DNA from: Candidatus Bathyarchaeota archaeon
Lineage (GTDB): Archaea; Thermoproteota; Bathyarchaeia; Bathyarchaeales; Bathycorpusculaceae
Assembly: GCA_963780185.1 (NCBI GenBank)
Contig: CAWABA010000007.1
Span: 185,175-249,174 of the forward strand
DNA length: 64,000 nucleotides
Direction: 5' to 3'
This document shows positions 1 through 11,006 of the stretch, in pieces. The notes under the pieces are model-generated. The model had not been told where the DNA came from. It saw only the letters and a program-made list of their open reading frames with translations, and made no database searches. Within the stretch, counting starts at the first letter, position 1. Every line of letters starts with the position of its first letter. The translations under genes and the position numbers were made by a program.

Positions 1-23
1 GTCTGCATTTCTTCGGCAAACTC

Positions 24-998
24 ATGGTGTACAATTATCTGTCAGCGGCTAAACTCATCAACGAACTCATCAAGAAAGAAAACATGAAGTACGACATTGT
101 TGTGGCTCACGACTGGCTTTCAGCCATGGGCGGAATCACAGTTAAAAGAGAAACAGGTTTGCCGTTTGCTTTCCATGTTCACTCCACCGAGAAAGGACGC
201 ACATTGGGGAACGGCTCCAACGTCGTCAGCAACATCGAGTTACGTGCAGGCAAAACCGCCGATATGGTTGTGACGGTTTCGTATGCTATGAAAGATGAGC
301 TTATCCAGCTTGGTTTTCCACGCGAAAAAATCCAGGTAAGCTACAACGGTGTTGACCCGCAGAAATACAATCCTGTAAACGTTTCTCAGGAAGACATTAA
401 ACGGGTCAGAAGCAAATACGGCATCGCGGATGACCAGTTTATGATTCTTTTCTTAGGCAGACTCGTCGCCGTCAAAGGCGTCGACAAACTCATAATGGCT
501 ATGCCCCACATCCTAACCAAGATTCCGAACGCACGGCTGGTGGTTGTAGGCGTTGGCGACCTCCAAGAGTACATGATGAACCTGACAAGAACCATGCGGC
601 TGGACCAATACGTCAAATTCTGCTTCGACTTCATCCCGGAGGAAGAACGAATCATCCACTACGCGGCATGCGACGTTGCAGTTTTCCCAAGCTTCTACGA
701 ACCCTTCGGCATCGTTGCGCTTGAAGCCATGAGCATGGAGAAAGCAGTTGTCGTCGGCGCCGCAGGCGTAAGCGGAATGCGCGAAATCGTCATCTGCTGC
801 GGCGAAGAACAATGCGGATTCCACATTGACCCAAACAACCCCTCAGACATTGCCTGGGGAGTAACCAGCGCATTGGAGAACCCTGAACGGCTCAAGATGC
901 TTGGCAAAAACGGCAGAAAACGCGTCTTAGCCGAGTTCACCTGGACCAAAATCGCCGCAAAAACCATCGACCTCTACGAAACCATACAAAAACGTTGA
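24..998 (+). CDS. GT4 glycosyltransferase (glycogen synthase-like), probably 5'-truncated by the window edge
   Basis: AHDWL, FLGRL..VKG and YEPFGIVALEAM motifs; frame open to the window start. Confidence 0.9.
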   Translation: MVYNYLSAAKLINELIKKENMKYDIVVAHDWLSAMGGITVKRETGLPFAFHVHSTEKGRTLGNGSNVVSNIELRAGKTADMVVTVSYAMKDELIQLGFPREKIQVSYNGVDPQKYNPVNVSQEDIKRVRSKYGIADDQFMILFLGRLVAVKGVDKLIMAMPHILTKIPNARLVVVGVGDLQEYMMNLTRTMRLDQYVKFCFDFIPEEERIIHYAACDVAVFPSFYEPFGIVALEAMSMEKAVVVGAAGVSGMREIVICCGEEQCGFHIDPNNPSDIAWGVTSALENPERLKMLGKNGRKRVLAEFTWTKIAAKTIDLYETIQKR

Positions 999-1017
999 CA
1001 GCGCCTTGGCGGGTTAA

Positions 1018-1626
1018 TTGGCCACAGACTTAAAGTCTAAAGTTGCAAGGGAAGCAGCCACCCTACTTTATTTTGGCGCAGAAAAAGAATACAAACAAGC
1101 CAAAACACGCGCAGCTCAAACCTTGGGCACGCATTTTTTGCCGTCTAACTTAGACATTGCGCTTGAGCTTGACAAGATTGCCGAGGAAAGCGAGGGAGCA
1201 GACAGGAAGGAACGCCTGATAGAAATGCGCACCGAAGCCTTGCACGTGATGAAGCTTCTTGACGCTTACTGTCCCCTTCTTATCGGCAGCGTTTGGCGAG
1301 GCAACATACGCAGAGGAAGCGACATAGACATCGCAGCCTACGCCGACGACCCGCAGGAAATCGTCAACATCCTCAAAGCGGGCGGGATAAAAGTTTTGAA
1401 GACCGCTTGGACAACCGTGAATAAGCATGGACGCACCTTGGCGTCGCTTAATGTCCGCGCCCAAACTTCGGCGGGGCACGGGCTTGAAGTTGTGGTCCGC
1501 TCCAGCGAGGAGCAAGGGGAAAAAAGGAAATGTGAAATTTTCGGCGACGAAATAAAGGGTTTGAAAACCAAAAACCTTGAAAAACTGCTCAAAGACAACC
1601 CGACACAAAAATTTATTCCCGCTTGA
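1018..1626 (+). CDS. Nucleotidyltransferase-domain protein
   Basis: GSVWRG..RRGSDIDI pol-beta-type NTase motif. Confidence 0.8.
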   Translation: MATDLKSKVAREAATLLYFGAEKEYKQAKTRAAQTLGTHFLPSNLDIALELDKIAEESEGADRKERLIEMRTEALHVMKLLDAYCPLLIGSVWRGNIRRGSDIDIAAYADDPQEIVNILKAGGIKVLKTAWTTVNKHGRTLASLNVRAQTSAGHGLEVVVRSSEEQGEKRKCEIFGDEIKGLKTKNLEKLLKDNPTQKFIPA

Positions 1627-1711
1627 ATCGGGGAAAATTCTGATTTTGCCTCAATAAAGAAAATAAAGAACTAATTTGCATAGTATATTTCAAACCTTAA
1701 ACTGATGCCAA

Positions 1712-2110
1712 ATGGCCATAGACAAAGAATCTCTAAAAAAGATGTTTCCAAACCTCAGCAAGGAACTGGAAGGCGGAGACGCCAAAATCCAAATAGATGC
1801 CCTCCGCAAAAACCCTGAGGAAGCCGAAGCAGACCTAGCTGAGTGTGCAGAGCAAGAAATTGAACCCGAAGCCCCCACCACTGAAACACCCGACAAACTC
1901 CGCCATTTCTACCCGTCTGCTGAAGATTTTATTCGCCGATGCGACACCGACGCGCAGGCAGAGGAAATAATTGCTTACCTAAAGAAGAGGGAGGAAATAA
2001 CAAAAGAGCAGGCGCAAGAGTTGCGGTCTCAGCTTAAGCGTAAGGGTTTGCGAAGTTTTGGTCCTAAAAAAGAGGAAAACCATTACTTTAGGGAAGCTGG
2101 AATTTTATAA
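1712..2110 (+). CDS. DUF2095-like archaeal protein
   Basis: FPNLSKEL...DFIRRCDT..QAEEII.YL...GLRSFGPKKE pattern. Confidence 0.7.
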   Translation: MAIDKESLKKMFPNLSKELEGGDAKIQIDALRKNPEEAEADLAECAEQEIEPEAPTTETPDKLRHFYPSAEDFIRRCDTDAQAEEIIAYLKKREEITKEQAQELRSQLKRKGLRSFGPKKEENHYFREAGIL

Positions 2111-2319
2111 TTTCTGAATTTCTTTTTAATCGCTAAAAAAACCGACGGTTTTGACGTGTTCATACGTGGACTGCCATTTATTTGGCGGTCAATGCAGTTG
2201 GCTTGCACTGGTTTTTCAAATTTTAAGTGCTTGTTGCCGCTGAACGGTTTGTTTGACTTTATGTCGGAAAACTAATAAGGCTCAAGTTTGTTGTACAAAA
2301 ACGGAAAAATGGTGATATT

Positions 2320-3339
2320 ATGGCAATAAAAGTAGGAATTAACGGATTCGGAAGAATCGGCAGACTTCTTTACCGCGCAGCACTTGAACGCAACGCAAAT
2401 ATCGATTTCGTCGCAATCAACGACCTGGCGGACGCCAAAACGAACGCTCACCTTCTCAAATATGACTCAGTCCACGGACATTTCCCAGGCAAAATTGAAG
2501 TCGTCGGCAACGACATGGTTGTCAACGGGAAAACCCTCAAATGCCTCAGCGTAAAAGACCCAGTGGCTCTGCCATGGAAAGACCTCGGAGTTTACTTAGC
2601 GGTGGAATCCACCGGCTTGTTCACCAACCGCGAAGGCGCAAGCAAACATTTCCAAGCAGGCGCAAAAAAAGTCCTGATTAGCGCGCCAGCAGAAAACCCA
2701 GATGCAACCTTCGTTTTGGGCGTAAATGACAAATCATATGATCCAGAAAAACACAATATTCTTAGCAACGCGTCATGCACAACAAACTGTCTAGCACCTG
2801 TCAGCAAGGTATTGGAAGACAACTTCGGCTTAGAAAAAGCCTTAATGACAACATGCCACAGCTACACAAACGACCAGAAAGTCCAAGACCTTGTCCATAA
2901 AGACCCCAGAAGGGCAAGAGCCGCAGCAATCAACATCATCCCAACAAGCACGGGTGCAGCAAAAGCAATCGGGCTGGTTTTGCCAAGTTGTGCAGGAAAA
3001 ATGAATGGCTACTCACTTCGGGTGCCAACACCCGACGTCTCTATCGTTGACTTAACCGCTATACTGGGCAAAGACGTCACCAAAGAAGACATCAACGCAG
3101 CTATGAAGAAAGCCGCAGACGGACCACTAAAAGGCATTCTGCAGTACACGGAAGATCCAATCGTTTCAACCGACGTACTACACAGCACCTACTCAGCAGT
3201 CTTCGATGCACAATTAACCATGGTTCTCGGCGAGAAAAGCAACTTCGTTAAAGTCTTCGCATGGTACGACAACGAATGGGGCTTTAGCAACCGCATGGTT
3301 GAATTCATTGAAATGATCGGCAAAAAAGCCAAACTATAA
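2320..3339 (+). CDS. gap: Type I glyceraldehyde-3-phosphate dehydrogenase
   Basis: [29 protein letters not shown]. Confidence 0.97.
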   Translation: MAIKVGINGFGRIGRLLYRAALERNANIDFVAINDLADAKTNAHLLKYDSVHGHFPGKIEVVGNDMVVNGKTLKCLSVKDPVALPWKDLGVYLAVESTGLFTNREGASKHFQAGAKKVLISAPAENPDATFVLGVNDKSYDPEKHNILSNASCTTNCLAPVSKVLEDNFGLEKALMTTCHSYTNDQKVQDLVHKDPRRARAAAINIIPTSTGAAKAIGLVLPSCAGKMNGYSLRVPTPDVSIVDLTAILGKDVTKEDINAAMKKAADGPLKGILQYTEDPIVSTDVLHSTYSAVFDAQLTMVLGEKSNFVKVFAWYDNEWGFSNRMVEFIEMIGKKAKL

Positions 3340-3417
3340 ACGCGCAAACAAACCAAAATTTCTTCCACCCCTTTCTTTTGGGAAAAAAACAGCAAAGTTA
3401 ACTGAGATGTGAACTAT

Positions 3418-4650
3418 ATGGCAAAATACAAAACACTCGATGACTTTGACGTAAAAAACAAGGTCGTTCTAGTCAGAGTTGACTTTAACTCGGAAATCGA
3501 TCCCGTGACCAAGAAAGTTACAAGCGACGTGCGAATAAGGGCGCATGCAGAATCAACGCTCAAAGAACTGGCGGAGAAAGGAGCCAAAACCGTCGTTTTA
3601 GCGCATCAGGGACGCAAAGGCGACCCCGACTACACATCACTCAAAGAACACGCAGCAATCCTGGGGAAAATCCTCAAATGCCCAGTGAAATACGTCGACG
3701 ACTTATTCGGGGAAAAAGCAAAAACCGCCATCAAAAACTTGCAAAGCGGAGAAATCCTCGTCTTGGAAAACGTGCGCAGCTGGGACAAAGAAACCAAAAG
3801 CATGAGCCCCGAAGAAGCAAGCAAAACCGAACTCGTCCAAAACCTCGCGCCCCTCGCAGACCTTTTCGTTAACGACGCCTTCGCCGCAGCACACCGCGGA
3901 CACGTATCTATGGTCGGGTTCACCGCCGTGTTGCCTTCAGCCGCAGGCAGAATAATGGAGCGCGAACTCAAATCGCTTAGCCGCATCGTGGAGAAACCCG
4001 AGCACCCATGCGTCTACGTTATGGGCGGAGCCAAAGCCGATGACGCCTTAGAAATCAGCAAGTATGTGCTGGACAACGGCATCGCAGACTACATCCTCGT
4101 CGGCGGCGTCACCTCGCAGCTTTTCCTCGACGCAGACGGCATCGACCTCGGCAAGAAAACCATGGCTTTCCTCGCCAAAAAAGAACTCACCCAATTCATC
4201 CCAGGCATCAAAGCCCTCATGGCGAAATACCCCGACAAAATAGTCGTGCCCGTAGACGCAGCCTTAGATGTAGATGGCAAACGCAAAGAAATCCCCATTA
4301 GCAAGCTGCCCACGGAATACAGCATCTTTGACCTCGGAAAGAAAACCGTCGAAAAATACGCCGCCATCATCAGCAAAGCCAAATCCATCGTCGTCAGCGG
4401 ACCCATGGGCGTCTACGAAAACAAGCAGTTCAACTACGGCACCAAAGGCGTCTTCGAAGCCATCGCAAACAGCAAAGCCTTCAGCCTCGCAGGCGGCGGA
4501 AACACCATCGCAGCCATAGCGGAATACGGCTTAACCAAAAAAATAGGCTACATCAGCACCGCAGGCGGAGCACTCATCGAATTTTTGATGGGCAAAAAAC
4601 TCCCCGGCGTAACCGCACTCGAAACAGCAACAAAAACCAAAAAAATCTAA
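3418..4650 (+). CDS. pgk: Phosphoglycerate kinase
   Basis: VLVRVDFN, LENVR, NDAFAAAHR, STAGGA; follows gap. Confidence 0.96.
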   Translation: MAKYKTLDDFDVKNKVVLVRVDFNSEIDPVTKKVTSDVRIRAHAESTLKELAEKGAKTVVLAHQGRKGDPDYTSLKEHAAILGKILKCPVKYVDDLFGEKAKTAIKNLQSGEILVLENVRSWDKETKSMSPEEASKTELVQNLAPLADLFVNDAFAAAHRGHVSMVGFTAVLPSAAGRIMERELKSLSRIVEKPEHPCVYVMGGAKADDALEISKYVLDNGIADYILVGGVTSQLFLDADGIDLGKKTMAFLAKKELTQFIPGIKALMAKYPDKIVVPVDAALDVDGKRKEIPISKLPTEYSIFDLGKKTVEKYAAIISKAKSIVVSGPMGVYENKQFNYGTKGVFEAIANSKAFSLAGGGNTIAAIAEYGLTKKIGYISTAGGALIEFLMGKKLPGVTALETATKTKKI

Positions 4651-4737
4651 ATTCCTTCCCTTTTTGATTTTACAGAATTTTTTTTAAGAAAAACAAATTG
4701 GGCATCACAATATCAACAAAGAGTCAAATAACCACAT

Positions 4738-5074
4738 TAGAAATCATCCGAATGCAAGTTTAGCTGAGGCGAGAGGTCACAGGGCGAAGAAACAATAATC
4801 CGTTTTCTAAATCCTTTTTTCTGTAAGGTTTTGATGTTCATCAGTTACCGAGTTTCCATCTTTTGTCGCTTTTATCAACGTCAGCGCCATTTTTTGGTAT
4901 TTTTTTAAATCAATACATTGCAACCTTGGAAATACATCTTGTATTTTCTTGAAATCAGTGTTAATGTCATAATATGCCTTGATTCTAAGTTTATCTATTT
5001 CTTCAGCGAAGAATACGTTTCCAGCAGGAACGACAAAAACAATAATCCCATCGTTCCAGAATTTCTTTAAAACT
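4738..5074 (-). pseudogene. Start-less remnant of an unknown gene (~110 open codons)
   Basis: Open minus-strand frame VLKKFWNDGIIVFVVPAGNVFFAEEIDKL... immediately after an in-frame TGA; AT-rich island. Confidence 0.4.
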
Positions 5075-5243
5075 CACTTCTGCTAATCTGCGGTCTTTCA
5101 TATGCTTATTTAGCTCATCAGATAGCGAATTTCAGACATCTGCTCTTTCTCAGCAAAATAATTTCCTTAAATTTGTGTGGCTCTAACCAGAGGGACAAAA
5201 GCATTTATAGATTTAACGCAAATAAGAGCGTTTGATGGTTTAA

Positions 5244-5402
5244 ATGTCAAAAAAGAAACCAATCGTGCCTCCGGTTAGTGAAAGCGCACCATTCAAAGAG
5301 TTGGCAATTAAAACTGGTCTAAGAAAGCCAGACGCAAATCCGTCCAAAAGGATAGTTGTTCGAACAAAGACAAGAACGGAAATCTACGAGGAAGACCATT
5401 AG
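5244..5402 (+). CDS. Small basic hypothetical protein (52 aa)
   Basis: MSKKKPIVPPVSESAPFKELAIKTGLRK...EEDH*; TTTATA box about 35 bp upstream; below the ORF-track cutoff. Confidence 0.5.
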   Translation: MSKKKPIVPPVSESAPFKELAIKTGLRKPDANPSKRIVVRTKTRTEIYEEDH

Positions 5403-5541
5403 CGAATACCAACGAAAAACCTATTCAGCGCCCGCTACCTTTTGGATGTATTGTAACCGTGCTTACGCTCGTGAAATCAAAGGTGATAACGCTAAAACAA
5501 TCTTATATCTTAAAACAACGGAAGAATAGGCTGTCACTAAA

Positions 5542-8106
5542 GTGAAAGCTAATGCTGAATCTTACAAGCTCATAAGATATCTCTTGGTATCTTTGAGTCT
5601 CGTTTCAATGTTTTTTGCAGTGGTTTTTGCCTTCTATTTCTCAGTTCTTGCATATCCCTTCTTGATTTGCGGATTCATACTTTTATTTTGCGAAATCGTT
5701 TTTGTCTGGAAGAATCATCGATATTCTGACAAATCAAAACTAATTGCAAGCAAACTAATTCATGAGGAAATTTTGAAAGAAGCAACAGATATTTCCAATT
5801 CAACCAACCAAGTAAAGAACAGTGGAACTTACTTGATTTATTCTAATAAAGAGAATATCATTTCAAGAATAAATTATCTGCTGAAAAAAATTGAAGCCTA
5901 CTCGAATAAAAAAATGTTAGTTGAAGCTTTTGTCAACAGAACAAAAGGAGTTTTAAACGAGTGCAATGGAGTGATTCAAGCATACAATCATAATTTTGTT
6001 TCGCAAAGAAAGAAAGACTATGGCTATCTTTGGAACAAAGGCAACATTTTGCTTGACGACGAACAACAAACAGCAATCGTAACGGATGAAAAATACAACC
6101 TCGTAGTCGCAGCTGCGGGCTCTGGGAAGACTGAAGTCTTAATCACAAGAATTGCTTACCTTACCGTTAGAAAACCTGATAGTGTGAATCCAAATAGAGT
6201 CTTGGCTATCGCTTACCAAAACAAAGATGTAAAACAAATCGAAAGAAGACTTAATCAATATGGCATAATTGGAGTAAACGTAAAAACTTTCCACACCTTG
6301 GGACTTGATGTTCTACAAGAAGCCAACATAATTAACAAGATTTTAGGCCGAACTGAACGTCCTGGAATCATAAAGACGATATTCGAAAACGAATTATCTG
6401 TAAATTCGGAGTTTTATCAAAAGTTCCTAAATTATATTAAATCCATTCATGAAAACGATTTAAACAATGAACCAACAGAAGAAATTAGCTCCATTAGAAC
6501 AAGGAGTACATTTCCTTATACAGCGATAAATAATGAACCAGTTAAAAGTCATGCTGAAAAACAGATTTTCGATTTCCTGCTAACGAACAAACTGAATAAT
6601 CGCCCCATAAAAGTTGAATATGAGCATGAAATAGAAAACGTCGGAAAACCCGACTTTTACTTACCTGAATACGACCTTTACATTGAACACTGGGGTCTAA
6701 CAAAAAATGGCACAGTTCCAATATGGTTTGACCAAACAACTAAAGACTATCAAAGAAATAAAGAAAAAAAGAAACAGTGGTTTGAAGAAAATGGAAAATT
6801 GCTTGTAGAGACTTTTTCTCATGAATATGATGACGACCATCCAGAAACATTTCTACGTCTACTTACGGAGAGAATCAAAACTAAACTCCAAGAAAAAACA
6901 AAAAGCAAATTCAGTTTCGAGCTAATGACTTACAAAGAATTGGTCGAGGTTGTGCATAACTCAGATAATGATTGGATTTCTGGAAATCGCACAAAAGAAG
7001 ACCTTGGGAATTTCATAAAAAATGCTAAAACTTACAATCTTACCCCAGAACGAATTCTTCAAAAACTCAAAGAGAGAGACTGGTCACGAAAACAACAAAC
7101 ATTTGCAAAACTTGCTGTAGATGTTTATTTGAAGTATGAAGAAAAATTGAAGGAACTCCACAAGATTGATTTTGAGGATATGATAAACAAAGCAATTTAT
7201 GAACTGACCAACGACGGAGAATTATGCAAGAATAAATACGAACATATCTTGGTCGATGAATACCAGGATATTACTCATCAAACTGATAAGTTGGTTAATG
7301 CTCTCCTGAAGAATAATTCTGACTGCAAATTTTTCTGTGTTGGAGATGATTGGCAAAGCGTAATGGGTTTTGCAGGTTCAAACCTCGAATTCTTTGTGAA
7401 CTTTGAGAAGCACTATAGTAATCCTGCCATCACAAAAATATCCACGAATTACCGAAGCGTGAGGAAAATTGTTGATGCTGGAACTTGCCTTATGAAAAAC
7501 AATGAAAGCTGTCAACGTCAAAAGGTTGTTGTTTCTAAGAGTGAAGAAGGAAAATCAATAAAGATACTCTTGTCGCCCCATCATATTGAATATCAAAGGA
7601 AGTATCACGACCAAATAGCACACGACTGCATTAATCGTGTTGAAGAGTACCTAAAGAAAGGCTATGCTTGCAAAGACATTTTGATATTGAGCAGATTTAT
7701 GATGATAAATAGTAATGGAAGGCCACGTTATCATTACATAATTGAAAACCTCCTTGCTGAATCAAAAGAACGGAACATCTATTTGACTAATGAAGCGAAA
7801 GATGAACGCGGAGTTCGAGTGCTGACGGTTCACAAAGCTAAGGGCTTAGAGGCAAAAGTAGTTTTTATTCTAAACGTAATCAAGGATGTTTATGGGTTCC
7901 CAAGTGAGATTGAGGATTCTACTATTCTTGAACCCGCGAGAGAAAACTATCCTCTCCAAAGTCAGAGAGAAGAAGAACGAAGGCTGTTTTATGTAGCTTT
8001 GAGCCGTGCTAAGGAAGATTTGAATATCTATACCTGGGAACCTGCTATTAGCGAGTTTATAGATGAAATTAAAGACTATACAGTTAATGAATACTTGAGC
8101 TACTAA
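5542..8106 (+). CDS. UvrD/helicase IV-like SF1 helicase with N-terminal TM segments and an internal nuclease-like domain
   Basis: AAAGSGKT, LVDEYQD, VGDDWQS, NYRS, TVHKAKGLE, EERRLFYVALSRA; internal KSHAE..I.DFL...YE...PDFYL.EYDLYIEHWG. Confidence 0.9.
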   Translation: MKANAESYKLIRYLLVSLSLVSMFFAVVFAFYFSVLAYPFLICGFILLFCEIVFVWKNHRYSDKSKLIASKLIHEEILKEATDISNSTNQVKNSGTYLIYSNKENIISRINYLLKKIEAYSNKKMLVEAFVNRTKGVLNECNGVIQAYNHNFVSQRKKDYGYLWNKGNILLDDEQQTAIVTDEKYNLVVAAAGSGKTEVLITRIAYLTVRKPDSVNPNRVLAIAYQNKDVKQIERRLNQYGIIGVNVKTFHTLGLDVLQEANIINKILGRTERPGIIKTIFENELSVNSEFYQKFLNYIKSIHENDLNNEPTEEISSIRTRSTFPYTAINNEPVKSHAEKQIFDFLLTNKLNNRPIKVEYEHEIENVGKPDFYLPEYDLYIEHWGLTKNGTVPIWFDQTTKDYQRNKEKKKQWFEENGKLLVETFSHEYDDDHPETFLRLLTERIKTKLQEKTKSKFSFELMTYKELVEVVHNSDNDWISGNRTKEDLGNFIKNAKTYNLTPERILQKLKERDWSRKQQTFAKLAVDVYLKYEEKLKELHKIDFEDMINKAIYELTNDGELCKNKYEHILVDEYQDITHQTDKLVNALLKNNSDCKFFCVGDDWQSVMGFAGSNLEFFVNFEKHYSNPAITKISTNYRSVRKIVDAGTCLMKNNESCQRQKVVVSKSEEGKSIKILLSPHHIEYQRKYHDQIAHDCINRVEEYLKKGYACKDILILSRFMMINSNGRPRYHYIIENLLAESKERNIYLTNEAKDERGVRVLTVHKAKGLEAKVVFILNVIKDVYGFPSEIEDSTILEPARENYPLQSQREEERRLFYVALSRAKEDLNIYTWEPAISEFIDEIKDYTVNEYLSY

Positions 8107-8130
8107 CTTATGGGTATTAGGTTTGATTAC

Positions 8131-8451
8131 CTAAAAAAGAGACCTTGCCTTCACCAACAAATCAATTACTGCGGTTGTTTCGGTTTCATTGAGTCCCAGC
8201 TTTGTGGGTAACTCTTGAGTTGTCTTTTCATATAGCAAAACGAGTCTTTGGTCGCCATCGGAATCAACAACAAATTTGTTTATGTCACCTATTCTTGTAA
8301 CTTGATGGTTTCCCAACATATTTCTTGCTCTTGCTAAAAAGTTGATGATAGTCTGAGACTCGTCTTTACTAAAATTTAACTTGAAGTGCTGTCCGAAAAA
8401 GAAATCTTTGCCACAGATTTCAATCAGTCTTCGCTCATAACTGAACTGCAC
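8131..8451 (-). CDS. Hypothetical protein
   Basis: 106-aa ORF in the AT-rich island, no recognisable motif. Confidence 0.45.
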   Translation of the reverse strand: MQFSYERRLIEICGKDFFFGQHFKLNFSKDESQTIINFLARARNMLGNHQVTRIGDINKFVVDSDGDQRLVLLYEKTTQELPTKLGLNETETTAVIDLLVKARSLF

Positions 8452-8983
8452 TACGAAATTGTCAGTTTCACCTATAATTTTTGTATATTTAACATAATAG
8501 TTAGAATTTGTTTTTCTACTGTAAGTTCCGTGGGTCCTGCCTCTGACTTTGTTATTTTTTGAATAGAATTTCGGAGACTGGACCTTTAGGGGATATCGTC
8601 TATTTCGATTACCGCATAATCGGTTCCTGTGATACTTCTTACGAATGCTTCAGTCCTTTTTCTATCTCTGGCTGCCTCGTTATTCGAACAATATGCGGGG
8701 TTGTCTCGTCGAGGTCCCAACTATTGCGCCTTTGTAACTCTGTGAGCGTTTAGACTTTTATGCTGTGTGATTTCAAAATCCATATACTCGATTCCAACCG
8801 CAATTTCTGTTTGCGAGGTGTAATTTTTCTCATATTTTTACCCCTTATAGCATTTGTTAGATAGTTAGCAGGGGGGTAATTTTTACTTCGTTTCTTACTC
8901 CTCGTGATATTACTATTCTTCACTTGTCTACCATACCATCTATTTAGCACCCAAACGTTAGGTAGGTCGTAAACGTCTGTGTA

Positions 8984-9790
8984 TTAAATTTTAATCCAGG
9001 TTTCTTGAGTAAGTTGAGTTAGCTGGCTTTTTGCTTGGTCTTGATTTTCTGAGTTTTTGAAGGAAAGAATGGGATTTAGATTTTGGGAAATTGTTTTTAG
9101 GTCGTTTGCGATGAAATCTGGTTTTTGCTGGCTATCTGATAGATCTTTTAGCGTGTTGAACTGCGAAGCAACAAAGACCGTTCTTAGCCCTGCCTCTTTT
9201 GCTCCTTTGATGTCTTCGATCGGGCTGTCGCCGATGTAAACCGCCTGCTCTGCTTGGACTTGCAGCTTCTTGAGGGCGTCTTGGAATACGTGGCTGCTGG
9301 GTTTTCTCCATCCAACTGCCTCGGAAACCAATGTTGCGTTGAAGTAGCCGTCGATTCCCAGTTTTCGTAAGCTTTTGTAGATGACGGGTGCATAGGTGAA
9401 GTTCGATATTAACCCGACTTTGCGTTGGGCTTGGACTTGTTTGAGGAGTTTTTTTGCGCAGTCCCGCAACTCAAGCGTGTCGATGAAGTCTTGGAAGAAA
9501 ACGTTCAAGGCGGCTTTCACCCTGTCATCCTCAGGCGTCACGTTGAAGCCGAGGTTTTGGAGTGCTTCTGCGACCCAGACGGCGTTGGTGACTTCCCGCA
9601 GTTGCTCGTAGCGGACTTTGCGGTACTTTTCATGCGCCGCACTGTAAGCAGCCATAAATTTGTTTTCGGCGGCGTTGAAGCCTTCGCCGAGGAGCGCGTG
9701 GTACAGGTTCTTCTTTGATTCGTCCATGCTGTAGCCTTTGCAGTTGACGAGGGTTCCGACGTAATCGAAAATGATGGCTTTGCAGGTCAT
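8984..9790 (-). CDS. HAD-family hydrolase
   Basis: IFDYVGTL, ISN, WRKP, IGDSPIEDIKGA. Confidence 0.9.
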   Translation of the reverse strand: MTCKAIIFDYVGTLVNCKGYSMDESKKNLYHALLGEGFNAAENKFMAAYSAAHEKYRKVRYEQLREVTNAVWVAEALQNLGFNVTPEDDRVKAALNVFFQDFIDTLELRDCAKKLLKQVQAQRKVGLISNFTYAPVIYKSLRKLGIDGYFNATLVSEAVGWRKPSSHVFQDALKKLQVQAEQAVYIGDSPIEDIKGAKEAGLRTVFVASQFNTLKDLSDSQQKPDFIANDLKTISQNLNPILSFKNSENQDQAKSQLTQLTQETWIKI

Positions 9791-10533
9791 CGCTGGCTCT
9801 TCCCTTTCAAGATGGTTTTTTCAGTGATTTTTCGGAGGGCTTCTGCCGCCGATGTCTGCATTAGCTTTTCGGGCTTTCCGATTGCTGCTTCCACCTGCAG
9901 GTCAAACGGGATGGCGCCAAGGTACCGTAGCCCCAGTTTTCGGGTTCCCAGTTCAACGTTTTCTGACTTATCCATTTTCATGTTCTCGACAACGCCGATG
10001 ATTGGCATTGTGAGTTCGCAGAGAAGTTCCGCCTGTTTCTTCACGGTTTCGAAAGCGAGCATTGACGGCGTTGTCACGATTAGGAATTCAATGCGTTTGA
10101 TGAGCCGCACCAAATCTAGGACGGCGTCGCCGATGCCTGGCGGCATGTCAATTACTAGGAAGTCAAGGGTGCCCCATTGGGTGACTGAGAGGAGTTCGAT
10201 TAGGGCGTTTGAGATGTCGGCTCCGCGGAGGGGGGCGGGTTTGTCGCCGATGAAGTAGATTAGGGACATGTACTCCATGCCGTGGACGGTGGGTGGGACG
10301 ATGCCTTTTTCTTCTTGCAACTCGGCTTTTTGGGCGCCGAGGATTATGTGGGTTGAGGGTCCTGTGAAGTCGAGGTCGAATAAGCCGACTTTGCAGCCGC
10401 TTCGTGCAAGGGCGAGTGAAAGTGCGGTTGCGACCATGCTTTTTCCTACGCCGCCTTTGCCGCTTGAAACAGCGATTACGTGGCTTATTCGGCTTAATCG
10501 CTCGTTAATTACGCTTGTTCGCGGGTCAGACAC
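9787..10533 (-). CDS. mrp: Mrp/NBP35 P-loop ATPase (Fe-S carrier)
   Basis: SGKGGVGKS, DLDFTGPS, IDMPPG, GVVENM. Confidence 0.9.
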   Translation of the reverse strand: MSDPRTSVINERLSRISHVIAVSSGKGGVGKSMVATALSLALARSGCKVGLFDLDFTGPSTHIILGAQKAELQEEKGIVPPTVHGMEYMSLIYFIGDKPAPLRGADISNALIELLSVTQWGTLDFLVIDMPPGIGDAVLDLVRLIKRIEFLIVTTPSMLAFETVKKQAELLCELTMPIIGVVENMKMDKSENVELGTRKLGLRYLGAIPFDLQVEAAIGKPEKLMQTSAAEALRKITEKTILKGKSQR

Positions 10534-10535
10534 GA

Positions 10536-10934
10536 TTATCTGGCTCCTTTCACACTCTCAAGCCAAATCCCGCGCCCGCTGGCGATTTCAAAGTCAGGAC
10601 TGCCACATTTCGGACACTTAATAAAGCTGTGCGCAACCTCGGGAACAAAATGAATCGCTTCAGCCGTCGCCTTATCCATTTTTTTAACGTCAAACTGCCA
10701 CGTGGCGGCGCAAACCCTGCATCGCAGTGTGCTTTTGGCTTTGAGGATGCGGAACTTCGCGCATTTGAAAAGCGGCGTCTTCAGCTCTGACAGGGCGAAG
10801 CGCAGAATGGGTCGTTCAACCTGCTGTAGCTCGCCGATTCTGATGGTGACTTCTAAAACTTCCTTTAGCTTTTCTTTCTCAGCAATCTCTTTCGCCGAGG
10901 CTAAAACTGCTTCAGCAAGCGCCCATTCATGCAT
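10536..10934 (-). CDS. hypA: Hydrogenase nickel incorporation protein HypA
   Basis: MHE start, IGELQ, CRVC and CPKCGS. Confidence 0.95.
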   Translation of the reverse strand: MHEWALAEAVLASAKEIAEKEKLKEVLEVTIRIGELQQVERPILRFALSELKTPLFKCAKFRILKAKSTLRCRVCAATWQFDVKKMDKATAEAIHFVPEVAHSFIKCPKCGSPDFEIASGRGIWLESVKGAR

Positions 10935-11006
10935 AAACTCTCATACCCGCTGGCATTTAAAAACAATATTGCAGATGAAAAAGATTTTCAGAGAAAAATC
11001 CGAAGG

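Noticed and set aside
8500-8980. Short ORFs 8559..8753 and 8750..8950
   Set aside because: No motifs and stops in all frames; at most a decayed remnant
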